DNA from: Alistipes sp. UBA928
GTDB taxonomy: Bacteria > Bacteroidota > Bacteroidia > Bacteroidales > Rikenellaceae
Direction of reading: 5' to 3'
Assembly (NCBI GenBank): GCA_002293665.1
Contig: DBDQ01000012.1
Coordinates: forward strand, 1 to 50,100
DNA: 50,100 nucleotides
Shown here: piece by piece, positions 8,493-16,979 of the stretch
Position numbering within the stretch: position 1 is the first letter of the stretch
How the letters are laid out: every line of letters begins with the position of its first letter
Notes under the pieces: model-generated
The model's input: the letters and a program-made list of their open reading frames with translations, nothing else
Database searches by the model: none
What the model was told of the DNA's origin: nothing
Made by a program: the position numbers and the translations under genes

Positions 8493-10145
8493 ATGAAACA
8501 GATTTCGAGATCGGCGCTTGTGTGCGCCGCAGCATCGGTCGCCTTGGCACTCCTTGCGGGATGCCGCAGCGCGGGCTCCAACACAACGGCACGGGAGGGT
8601 TACGATCCCGACGCCCAGCAACTTTTCATAGGCGACGACATAGCCGTCGCCCCCACCACCTACGGCAAGGTGAAGGGTTTCATCCTGCGCGGGATATACA
8701 ACTTTCGCGGGATACCCTACGGTGCCCCCACAGGAGGCGAGAATCGGTTCATGCCGCCGCGTCCGCCCGAGCCGTGGGACGATGTGAGGCCAGCGGTCTA
8801 CTACCCCGAGATGGCTCCGCAGAGAGAGTATGGCCGCTCGCCCGAGTCGTACAGCGCGTTCGCCGACGCGTGGAACTACGACCTCGTGGGTGAGGATTGC
8901 CTGCGGCTCAACGTGTGGTCGCCGGGACTCGACGGCGCACGGAGGCCGGTGCTGGTGTGGCTCCACGGCGGAGGATTCACGAGCGGCAGCGCCATCGAAC
9001 AGGACGGTTATGAGGGTGAAAATTTCGCACGCTACGGCGACGCGGTGTTCGTGTCGATCAACCACCGTCTGAACGCGTTCGGGTTTACCGACCTGTCGGC
9101 CGTCGGGGGTGAGAAGTATCGCCACTCGGGTAATGTGGGAATGTTGGACGTGATAGCCGCTTTGCAGTGGGTGAACAAGAATATCGCGGCTTTCGGCGGC
9201 GACCCGGGCAACGTCACCGTGATGGGACAGTCGGGCGGCGGATCGAAAGTGTGCATGGTGTCGGCTATGCCCGCCGCACGTGGACTCGTGCACAAGGGGG
9301 TGGCGCTGAGCGGCAACACTACTGCCGCCAATGACAAGGCTTATGCCGAAAAGTTGGGCGCGGCTGTCCTCGCCGAGGCGGGTCTGACTCCCGACCGCGT
9401 GGACGAACTTCAGCAGATGCCGTGGCCGGAGTATCTCGATCTGTCGAACCGCGCCGCCGCACGACTGCGGAACGAAAGCCCCGGAGCCGGACGCGGAGGC
9501 TTCAGCCCCGTGGCCGACGGGGTGAACATTCCGGTCGGCACGTTCTGGTCTGGTGAAGCGGCCGCGGGTTCGCCCGACATTCCGATGCTCTTCTGTTCGA
9601 CTTTTCACGAACGTACCGGGGCCCGCGACAGCGCCGCCACCGAGGCGATCGACGCCGATGGTGCCGTGGAGCGCCTCAGAGGAACCTATGGTGATCGTGC
9701 ACGCGAGGTTTACGACGCCTACGCGGCACAGTTTCCCGAACTGAAACCGATCGAGGTGTACGGATTCATAGTCTCGAATCGGCGCAATGTGGTGGCTGCC
9801 GCCGATGCCAAGCTGGCGCAGAGTTCGCCGGTGTGGATGGCGTGGTTCGGTTTCTCACCGCCGCTGTTCGACGGACGCCAGAGGGCTTTCCACTGCATCG
9901 ACATATCGTTCTGGCTCCACAACACCGACCACATGTTGACCCACTCGGGCGGCGGGAAGGTGCCGCGGCTGTTGGCCGACAGGATGTCGTCGGCGCTGGC
10001 GGCTTTCATGCGCACGGGCGATCCCAATACAAAGCTGCTCCCCGCATGGCCGCGCTACACGGCGGAGAAGGGCGAGGTGATGGTGCTCGACATTGAGAGT
10101 GAGGTGCGGGATGATCCCGATCGGGAGGCTCGCAGGACGCTGTAA
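8493..10145 (+). CDS. type-B carboxylesterase/lipase family lipoprotein
   Basis: I trimmed the 769-aa track ORF to the ATG at 8493, which gives a lipoprotein signal peptide (MKQISRSALVCAAASVALALLAGC). The product has the type-B esterase hallmarks RGIPYGAPTGGENRF, EDCLRLNVW..PVLVWLHGGGF and the nucleophile elbow GQSGGG. Confidence 0.85.
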   Translation: MKQISRSALVCAAASVALALLAGCRSAGSNTTAREGYDPDAQQLFIGDDIAVAPTTYGKVKGFILRGIYNFRGIPYGAPTGGENRFMPPRPPEPWDDVRPAVYYPEMAPQREYGRSPESYSAFADAWNYDLVGEDCLRLNVWSPGLDGARRPVLVWLHGGGFTSGSAIEQDGYEGENFARYGDAVFVSINHRLNAFGFTDLSAVGGEKYRHSGNVGMLDVIAALQWVNKNIAAFGGDPGNVTVMGQSGGGSKVCMVSAMPAARGLVHKGVALSGNTTAANDKAYAEKLGAAVLAEAGLTPDRVDELQQMPWPEYLDLSNRAAARLRNESPGAGRGGFSPVADGVNIPVGTFWSGEAAAGSPDIPMLFCSTFHERTGARDSAATEAIDADGAVERLRGTYGDRAREVYDAYAAQFPELKPIEVYGFIVSNRRNVVAAADAKLAQSSPVWMAWFGFSPPLFDGRQRAFHCIDISFWLHNTDHMLTHSGGGKVPRLLADRMSSALAAFMRTGDPNTKLLPAWPRYTAEKGEVMVLDIESEVRDDPDREARRTL

Positions 10146-10174
10146 TAATTTACACATAACGGCAACACAAACGT

Positions 10175-10205
10175 AACGGTTTCGTAATTGCGAAACCGTT
10201 TCTTT
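10175..10205 (+). terminator. intrinsic terminator after the carboxylesterase gene
   Basis: The sequence is AACGGTTTCGtaattgCGAAACCGTTtcttt: a perfect 10-bp stem followed by a T-rich tail. Confidence 0.75.
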
Positions 10206-10215
10206 GTGGCGGAAA

Positions 10216-10956
10216 ATGAACACACATTACCGAACTGTCGTCCTGTCGGACGTGCACCTGGGGTCGAAATGGTCGAAGACCAGGGAGGCGACCGGGTTTC
10301 TGAAAAACAACACGTGCGAGACGCTGATCCTGTGCGGCGACATCATCGACGGATGGGCCATCATGAGGGGCCGGAAGATGAAGTGGCGGAGGCGGCACAC
10401 CAACTTTATCAAAGCGCTGCTGGACATTTCGCACACCACACGCATAGTTTACGTGAGAGGCAACCACGACGATTTTCTGGATCGCATCACACCCGTCAAT
10501 TTCCTGAACATGAGCATTGTGCGCGACTTCGTGTACGAGAGCGGCGGACGCCGCTACTTCGTGCTGCACGGCGACGTGTTCGACCACGTGACCTCGAACA
10601 TGAAATGGCTGGCCAAGCTCGGCGACCTGGGCTACTCGGTGTTGCTGTGGGGCAACGGCATCTATAATCGCAGACGCGCACGGAAAGGTAAACCCTACTT
10701 TTCGCTCGCACGCGAGGTAAAGAAAAAAGTGAAGGCGTCGGTGTCGTATGTGGGTGATTTCGAGCGGCATTTGGTGGATATAGCGCGCTGCCGCGAGTGC
10801 GACGGGGTGATCTGCGGACACATTCACCACCCTGAAGTGCGAAATGTGGAAGGAATTTTGTATCTTAACGCCGGAGATTGGATCGAATCGCTGTCGGCAC
10901 TGACCGAAGATTTCGATGGCAACTGGAAAATTTACCGGACAGAAGAGGATAAATGA
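10216..10956 (+). CDS. LpxH-family metallophosphoesterase (UDP-2,3-diacylglucosamine diphosphatase-like)
   Basis: The ATG at 10216 lies just after the terminator; the track ORF starts at a TTG at 10204. Calcineurin-like motifs are present: VLSDVHLG, LCGDIIDGW, GNHD, VLHGD, GHIHH. Confidence 0.75.
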   Translation: MNTHYRTVVLSDVHLGSKWSKTREATGFLKNNTCETLILCGDIIDGWAIMRGRKMKWRRRHTNFIKALLDISHTTRIVYVRGNHDDFLDRITPVNFLNMSIVRDFVYESGGRRYFVLHGDVFDHVTSNMKWLAKLGDLGYSVLLWGNGIYNRRRARKGKPYFSLAREVKKKVKASVSYVGDFERHLVDIARCRECDGVICGHIHHPEVRNVEGILYLNAGDWIESLSALTEDFDGNWKIYRTEEDK

Positions 10957-12035
10957 GATACATGTTCATAGTGCAGGGCGAGGGGCGCGGCCACCTGACG
11001 CAGGCGATCGCACTCGCCGGATTGCTGAGAAAACATGGCCACGAGGTGGTGGACGTCATGGTGGGGAAGAATCCCAACAGAGTGTTGCCACCGTTTTTCG
11101 AGGAGAAGATAGGCTGCGACGTCACCACCTTCGACTCGCCGTCGTTCAACTACGGCAAGGTGGGGAAACGGGGGCGAATGGCCAAAACGCTCTTTACGAA
11201 CACCACCCCGCTGAACCTCGACCGTTTTCGCAAGAGCATCACCCGCATCGTGAGGCGCATCGGGCGCGTGGAGCCCGACGTGGTGGTGAACTTCTACGAA
11301 ATACTGCTGGGCATAACGTCGCTCGTACACAGGCTGAGGGTGCCGGTGGTGAGCATCGGCCACCAGTTTCTGGTCGACCATCCCGATTACGCCCACCGCT
11401 CACGCAGCGATCAGGGGCAGTTCGCGCTCAGGCTTAACAACATGCTCTGCTCGTTGGGCACCACCAAGACCCTTGCGCTGTCGTTCTACCCGATGAAGGA
11501 CTTCTATCGCGACCGTTTGGCCGTGGTGCCGCCGCTACTGCGCAGCGAGCTTTTCGAGCAGGAGGTGCACGACGGAGGATACATACTCGGCTATGTGCTC
11601 AATCCGGGCTACGCCGACGAGGTTCGCGAGTGGCACAAGAAACATCCCGATGTGAAGCTGCATCTGTTCTGGGACAAAAAGGACGCGCCCGAAACGCTCG
11701 AAGTGGCGCCAGGGCTCACTTTCCACAAGATCAACGACAGCCGGTTCCTCGAAATGATGGCCGGATGCAGCGGATACGCCACCACCGCCGGGTTCGAGTC
11801 GGTGTGTGAAGCGATGTGGCTCGGTAAGCCCGCGCTGCTCGTGCCCGCACACATCGAACAAGAGATAAACGCGCAGGATGCAGCAGGAATTGGCGCGGGA
11901 ATTGCATCCCAAGGATTCGATCTGTCGCTGCTCGTCGATTTTATTCCGCGCTACGCGGCCGACACCGCGGCTTTTCGCGAGTGGGTGGCGCGTGGCGAGG
12001 AGCTGTTCGTGCGGCACCTGACGACGCTGGTTTGA
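10953..12035 (+). CDS. GT-B fold glycosyltransferase (MurG / GT28-like)
   Basis: The 360-aa ORF has an N-terminal G-rich loop (IVQGEGRGHLTQAIAL) and a C-terminal GFESVCEAMWLGKPALLVP..EQ donor-binding motif. Its start overlaps the upstream stop (ATGA). Confidence 0.7.
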   Translation: MRYMFIVQGEGRGHLTQAIALAGLLRKHGHEVVDVMVGKNPNRVLPPFFEEKIGCDVTTFDSPSFNYGKVGKRGRMAKTLFTNTTPLNLDRFRKSITRIVRRIGRVEPDVVVNFYEILLGITSLVHRLRVPVVSIGHQFLVDHPDYAHRSRSDQGQFALRLNNMLCSLGTTKTLALSFYPMKDFYRDRLAVVPPLLRSELFEQEVHDGGYILGYVLNPGYADEVREWHKKHPDVKLHLFWDKKDAPETLEVAPGLTFHKINDSRFLEMMAGCSGYATTAGFESVCEAMWLGKPALLVPAHIEQEINAQDAAGIGAGIASQGFDLSLLVDFIPRYAADTAAFREWVARGEELFVRHLTTLV

Positions 12036-12041
12036 AAAAAG

Positions 12042-14096
12042 ATGAATATATATAACAGGGAGTTAAGTTGGTTGCAGTTCAACGACCGGGTGATGCAGGA
12101 GGCGCGCGACGCGACGGTGCCGCTTGTGCAGAGGTTGCGGTTCCTGGGGATCGCTTCGAACAATCAGGATGAATTCATAAGGGTGCGGCTGGCTGGGATT
12201 CTGCGTCTCGCCGCCCACAAGGGCAAAAACCATCCCAAACTTACCGGAGGGTACACCGCCGCCGAGTTGCTGCCGCTGGTCGACAGGCGCATGGAGGTGT
12301 CGAGGGAGCTTTTCATCGAGACATGGAACGACATCGTGGCCGAGATGGAGGCCGAGGGCATAAGGATGGTGGACGAGACCGAACTTAGCGACGAGCAACG
12401 GCACTGGTGCCGCAACTACTTCTACTCGACGGTGAGCATGCGCATGGTACCGCTCATGCTGCGCAAAAGTGTGGAGATTCCCTTCCTGCCCGACGGCGAG
12501 ATTTTTCTGGCCGTGAGGATGGCGGGAGCGAGGAGCAGCCGTTACGCGATACTGCAAATCCCGGTGAGCGGGTCGTGCCCACGGTTCGTGGTGTTGCCCT
12601 CGCGGGAGGAGGGACGCTCGGAGGTGATATTTCTCGACGACATCATACGTCTGTGCCTCGACGACATATTCTTCATGTTCAGCTACGACAGCATCACGGC
12701 ACATACTTTCAAAATAGTGAGGGACGCCGAATTCACGCTCGACGACGACGTGTCGAAAACCATGTCGGAGAAGATGTTCCGCGGCCTGGTCGAACGGCGG
12801 CACGGACGGCCCGTGAGATTAGTGTACGACCGGTCGATGCCCGACGATGTGCTGCAAACAATTACCCGCAAGTTGGGAATCCGTGGCGCGGGGCAACTCG
12901 AACCCGGAGGCAGATACCACCAGATGCGCGACCTGATGAAGTTCCCGTGCGTGAGGCCCGACCTCGAGGAGCCGCGCGCCGAACCGATGCTGCACCCGAT
13001 GATCGACCCGTCGGAGAGTATCATCAACGTCATCCGGAAGCAGGACGTGCTGCTGTGCTATCCGTATCATACTTTCAAGCATGTTATCGACCTTCTGCGC
13101 GAGGCGGCGGTCGATCCGAGGGTGCAGACGATCCGCATGACACTCTACCGCACCGCCCACCACTCGAAGGTGATACACGCACTACTGAGCGCCGCGCAGA
13201 ACGGCAAGCACGTGACGGCGCTGGTGGAACTCAAAGCGCGGTTCGACGAGGGACAGAACATTGCCGTCACCGAGATGCTGCAAAACGGCGGGGTGAAGGT
13301 GGTGCACAGCCTTGAGGAGCTGAAGGTGCACTCGAAACTGCTGCTCATAGAGCGCGCCGAGCCGGGCAGCGGCACGCTCAGGGGGTATCTCTATGTGGGA
13401 ACGGGCAACTTCAACGAGGACACGACTGGACTGTACGGCGACTTCGGGCTGCTGACATCCGACGAGATCGCAGTGGACGATGCGCGGCGGCTGTTCGACT
13501 TTCTGCAAAACACCCACCGCCATCCCGAATACCGGCGGCTCGTGGTGTCGCCCCACTACATGAGGCCCGAATTGGAGGCGCTGATAGACAACGAGATAAA
13601 AAACGCGCGCAAGAGACGGCCGGCGTGGATATGCGGAAAGTTCAACTCGTTGACCGACGAGGCGATGATCGAAAAACTCTACGAGGCATCGCGGGCAGGG
13701 GTCACCGTGAAACTGCTCATTCGCGGGGCGTGCTGCCTGGTGGCGGGTGTGCCGGGACTGAGCGGGAACATCGAGGTGAGGAGCATAATAGACAAATATC
13801 TCGAACACGCGCGCATGCTGATTGTGGCAAACGGCGGCAAACCGCGCAGTTGGATCACCAGCGCCGACATGATGACGCGCAACCTCGACCGGAGAGTCGA
13901 AGCGGGAATTCCCATACGCGACAGGACAATACACACCACGCTCGTCGACTACTTCGACCTTCAGTGGAGCGACAACACCAAGGCACGCCTCATAGCTCCG
14001 CCGTTTGAGAACAACCGCGTGCCGCGCGCCGAGGGTGAGGAAGCGCACAGGAGCCAGGTGGAACTTTACGAATACTTTAAATCACAGACGATATGA
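12042..14096 (+). CDS. ppk1: polyphosphate kinase 1
   Basis: The 684-aa ORF has the N-terminus NRELSWLQFNDRVMQEA and two PLD-like HKD regions (VHSKLLLIER..., LEHARMLIV). Confidence 0.93.
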   Translation: MNIYNRELSWLQFNDRVMQEARDATVPLVQRLRFLGIASNNQDEFIRVRLAGILRLAAHKGKNHPKLTGGYTAAELLPLVDRRMEVSRELFIETWNDIVAEMEAEGIRMVDETELSDEQRHWCRNYFYSTVSMRMVPLMLRKSVEIPFLPDGEIFLAVRMAGARSSRYAILQIPVSGSCPRFVVLPSREEGRSEVIFLDDIIRLCLDDIFFMFSYDSITAHTFKIVRDAEFTLDDDVSKTMSEKMFRGLVERRHGRPVRLVYDRSMPDDVLQTITRKLGIRGAGQLEPGGRYHQMRDLMKFPCVRPDLEEPRAEPMLHPMIDPSESIINVIRKQDVLLCYPYHTFKHVIDLLREAAVDPRVQTIRMTLYRTAHHSKVIHALLSAAQNGKHVTALVELKARFDEGQNIAVTEMLQNGGVKVVHSLEELKVHSKLLLIERAEPGSGTLRGYLYVGTGNFNEDTTGLYGDFGLLTSDEIAVDDARRLFDFLQNTHRHPEYRRLVVSPHYMRPELEALIDNEIKNARKRRPAWICGKFNSLTDEAMIEKLYEASRAGVTVKLLIRGACCLVAGVPGLSGNIEVRSIIDKYLEHARMLIVANGGKPRSWITSADMMTRNLDRRVEAGIPIRDRTIHTTLVDYFDLQWSDNTKARLIAPPFENNRVPRAEGEEAHRSQVELYEYFKSQTI

Positions 14097-15010
14097 TGAC
14101 TCACGACACTTTCGCGGCGATCGACATAGGGTCGAACGCTTTCAGGCTGCTCATCAACTACGTGGAACGCGACGGGCCCGGAAAAAAAGTCGAGTTCCGG
14201 AAGGCGGCTTTCATTCGCGTGCCGGTGCGGTTGGGCGAGGATGTCTTTACGCGGGGCGAGATCGGACCCGAGAAGTTCGGGCGCGTGGTCGAGGCGATGC
14301 AGGGATTCGCACACCTGATAAGAGTGTTCGGTGCCAAAGAGTGGCGTGCGTGCGCCACAAGCGCCATGCGCGAGGCGAAGAACGGGCCTGAACTCGTGGC
14401 CGAGATCGAGAAAAAGAGCGGCCTGCGGGTCGAGATAATCTCCGGCATAGAGGAGGCCGAAACAATATTCGAGGCGGGAGAGGCCGCGGGAGTCGACCTC
14501 GGTGGCAAAAGCAGCCTCTACATCGACGTGGGGGGCGGCAGTGTGGAGCTGAACGTGTTCAACGGACGGCGGCGGGCATGGTCGGAAAGTTTTCTGCTCG
14601 GCACCGTGCGTACGCTCAAGGGCAAAACCAAAGAGGCCGAGATGGAGCGCTACAAGGAGGCGCTGCACCGCATACACAAAGAGTACGATCCGAGGGTGAT
14701 AGTCGGATCGGGCGGAAACATCAACAAAGTGCGCAAAATGCTCTCGAAAAAGGCGCACGGCAAGGCCGACGACACACTCGACGTGAGCGACCTGAAAAAA
14801 CTGCACGAAGAGCTGTCGGCCGTCAGCTACGACGAACGCATAGAGAAGTTCGGGCTGAACGACTACCGCGCCGACGTCATAGTGCCCGCGCTCGAGATAT
14901 TCCTCACCGCGGCGCACGCGTGCAAGATCGACGAGGTGATAGTGCCCACCATAGGACTTGCCGACGGAGTCATTCACTCCCTCTATGTGAAGAGCCTCAA
15001 AAAATCTTAA
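14093..15010 (+). CDS. ppx: exopolyphosphatase, Ppx/GppA family
   Basis: The 305-aa ORF has the ASKHA-fold phosphate motifs AAIDIGSNAFRLL and YIDVGGGSVEL. It overlaps ppk1 by 4 nt. Confidence 0.88.
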   Translation: MMTHDTFAAIDIGSNAFRLLINYVERDGPGKKVEFRKAAFIRVPVRLGEDVFTRGEIGPEKFGRVVEAMQGFAHLIRVFGAKEWRACATSAMREAKNGPELVAEIEKKSGLRVEIISGIEEAETIFEAGEAAGVDLGGKSSLYIDVGGGSVELNVFNGRRRAWSESFLLGTVRTLKGKTKEAEMERYKEALHRIHKEYDPRVIVGSGGNINKVRKMLSKKAHGKADDTLDVSDLKKLHEELSAVSYDERIEKFGLNDYRADVIVPALEIFLTAAHACKIDEVIVPTIGLADGVIHSLYVKSLKKS

Positions 15011-15048
15011 CGGTATGTAATATTATTCGTATCTTTGGGAATAATAGC

Positions 15049-15056
15049 TACCTTTG
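15049..15056 (+). promoter_or_regulatory. candidate -7 promoter box (TACCTTTG), with a second box TATCTTTG at 15030-15037
   Basis: Two exact TAnnTTTG matches lie 54-80 nt upstream of the DUF3127 ATG. Confidence 0.4.
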
Positions 15057-15109
15057 TTGCTCAGAGTTATGCTCGAAAGAGTATCTTTTGAGCCACAAAT
15101 TATCGAACT

Positions 15110-15547
15110 ATGGAATTTGAAGGAGTCGTTTACCGGAAACTGCCCGAAGTGACGGGCTCGAGCGCAAGGGGCGCATGGAAAAAACAGGATGTCGTTTTTG
15201 AGTTACCGAGTGAGTTCAGCCGCAAGATATGCGTCACTTTTTTCGGCGACAGGGCCGAAGATGCCGCCGCACTCCACGAAGGCGATAACGCAACCGTATC
15301 TGTAAACGTCGAATCACGAGAGTATAACGGCAAATGGTATACCGATGTCAAGGCCTGGAAAGTGGTTCGCAGCAATGGCTCGGGAGGTGCCGGTGGTGCT
15401 GGTGCCGCCGGAGGGCAGGGAGCGAGACAATACGGCGGCGCACCTTCACCGGCTGCCGGAGCCTCGTCGCCATTTGCCGACGCTCCGTTCAACGAGAGTA
15501 CCGCTCCAGCCTCGCCGGCCGACGACGTGGACGATCTGCCGTTCTGA
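15110..15547 (+). CDS. DUF3127-family protein with an SSB-like glycine-rich linker and acidic C-terminal tip
   Basis: In the 145-aa ORF the first ~85 aa resemble DUF3127 (…KICVTFFGDRAED…VSVNVESREYNGKWYTDVKAWKV). These are followed by a G/A/P-rich low-complexity stretch and the terminal sequence DDVDDLPF. Confidence 0.8.
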   Translation: MEFEGVVYRKLPEVTGSSARGAWKKQDVVFELPSEFSRKICVTFFGDRAEDAAALHEGDNATVSVNVESREYNGKWYTDVKAWKVVRSNGSGGAGGAGAAGGQGARQYGGAPSPAAGASSPFADAPFNESTAPASPADDVDDLPF

Positions 15548-15548
15548 T

Positions 15549-16351
15549 ATGAAAAATATTATGCATATTGCATTACCCCTGCTGGCCACCGTATTGGCCT
15601 GCTGTGGAGCGATGAGTTCGGCGGCAAGACCCTGAACACGGCCAACTGGAGTGCCGAGACGGGCACAGGAGCCGACGGTTGGGGAAACGCGGAACTACAA
15701 TATTACACCGCCCGATCCGAAAACGTGAAAGTGGAGAAAGGCAATCTCGTCATAACCGCCCGGAAAGAGAGTTACTCGGGATCGCCGGCCACCTCGGCAC
15801 GCCTCGTCTCGATGAACAAAGTGAGCTTCAGGTACGGCTACGTCGTGGCATCCATCAAGTTGCCCCGAACCGCAGACGGGCTGTGGCCCGCGTTTTGGAT
15901 GATGGGCAACGATTTTGCGGGCGTCGGCTGGCCCCGATGCGGCGAGATCGACATCATGGAGATGGGTCTTTCGACCGGCATCGCCAACGGTACACAGGAT
16001 CGCTATCTCAACGGCACGTGCCATTGGGGACAAAGTTACGCCCCCCATAAAACTCACGACTATTCGTTGCAGGACGGTAAGTTCCACACCTACACCTGCG
16101 TCTGGGACGAAAAGTATGTCCGCATGTACTTCGATCTTGAAACGCATCCCGATGCCGCGCCCTATTTCGAGATGCGGATACTCGACAACATGGGCGACAG
16201 CAAATGTTTCCGCAAGGAGTGCTTCCTGTTGCTCAACCTTGCCGTGGGTGGCAATTTCCCCGGCATCCACAACATCGACAGCATAACGGCCCTCGCCCCG
16301 GGGAGCGCCTCCATGTATGTCGATTACGTTCGCGTGTTCCAAAAGAAATAG
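15549..16351 (+). pseudogene. GH16 beta-glucanase (laminarinase/licheninase-type) with a frame disruption between the signal peptide and the catalytic domain
   Basis: The ATG at 15549 encodes a lipoprotein-type signal peptide (MKNIMHIALPLLATVLAC) that stops at 15635. The conserved GH16 N-terminus LWSDEFGGKTLNTANWSAETGTGADGWGNAELQYYT... is open in the other frame from 15548 with no start codon. It continues through the catalytic EIDIME motif to the stop at 16351. Confidence 0.75.
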
Positions 16352-16397
16352 AGCGTCATTCCGATTCCGCACCGACGCCAAGCAGTTCGGTACTCAC

Positions 16398-16780
16398 TCA
16401 GGTACGGCTGTGGGGATAGGTGATTCGCATCTTGTAGTATCCCTGCGGCGGATTGCTCCGTGAATATCGCGGCAGTCCCTCGATAATCTCGGAGCGTGTG
16501 GTGTAGAAACGTTCACTCCTGCCGTTGCCGTCGGGCGGCGTCGCATGCATCAGTAAGGGTTGAGGAAAGCCTCTGCTATCCCAGGAGTGGAAATATACCT
16601 CTAAATCGCGGGTCACCGGAGATGCCGAACAAGTCCAGTACCGTGAGGGTCATCAGTAACGTACCCCATGTAGTACGTTCTGTATAAGTTTAGGAGCGAA
16701 AAGCCATAAGCTCCGGCGACCATAATAATCATCCCCGACACTGCGGCAAAATATGCCATACCTTTCGAGATTGGTTTCAT
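16398..16780 (-). pseudogene. possible frame-disrupted small membrane-anchored protein of unknown function
   Basis: A 55-aa ORF (16613-16780, my translation MKPISKGMAYFAAVSGMIIMVAGAYGFSLL...HLR*) has one TM helix. It abuts and overlaps the 72-aa track ORF 16398-16616, which is in another frame and has only a GTG start. I recognised no homology. Confidence 0.3.
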
Positions 16781-16979
16781 TTCGTGGGGACGTTAATTAT
16801 TTGTTCGGGAGCTAAAACAGCGCATCAAATTTAGCCGAATAATCCAACCCGGCCCAAAAACCACTCCAAAGAGGTGGCATATTTTTCGTATTCAGACTGT
16901 CTCGGGCTGCAAAAATAATCTGAATCCGGAATAAGCTAAACCAAATGGATCGCGGCACGCAAAATATTCCATCTCGATC

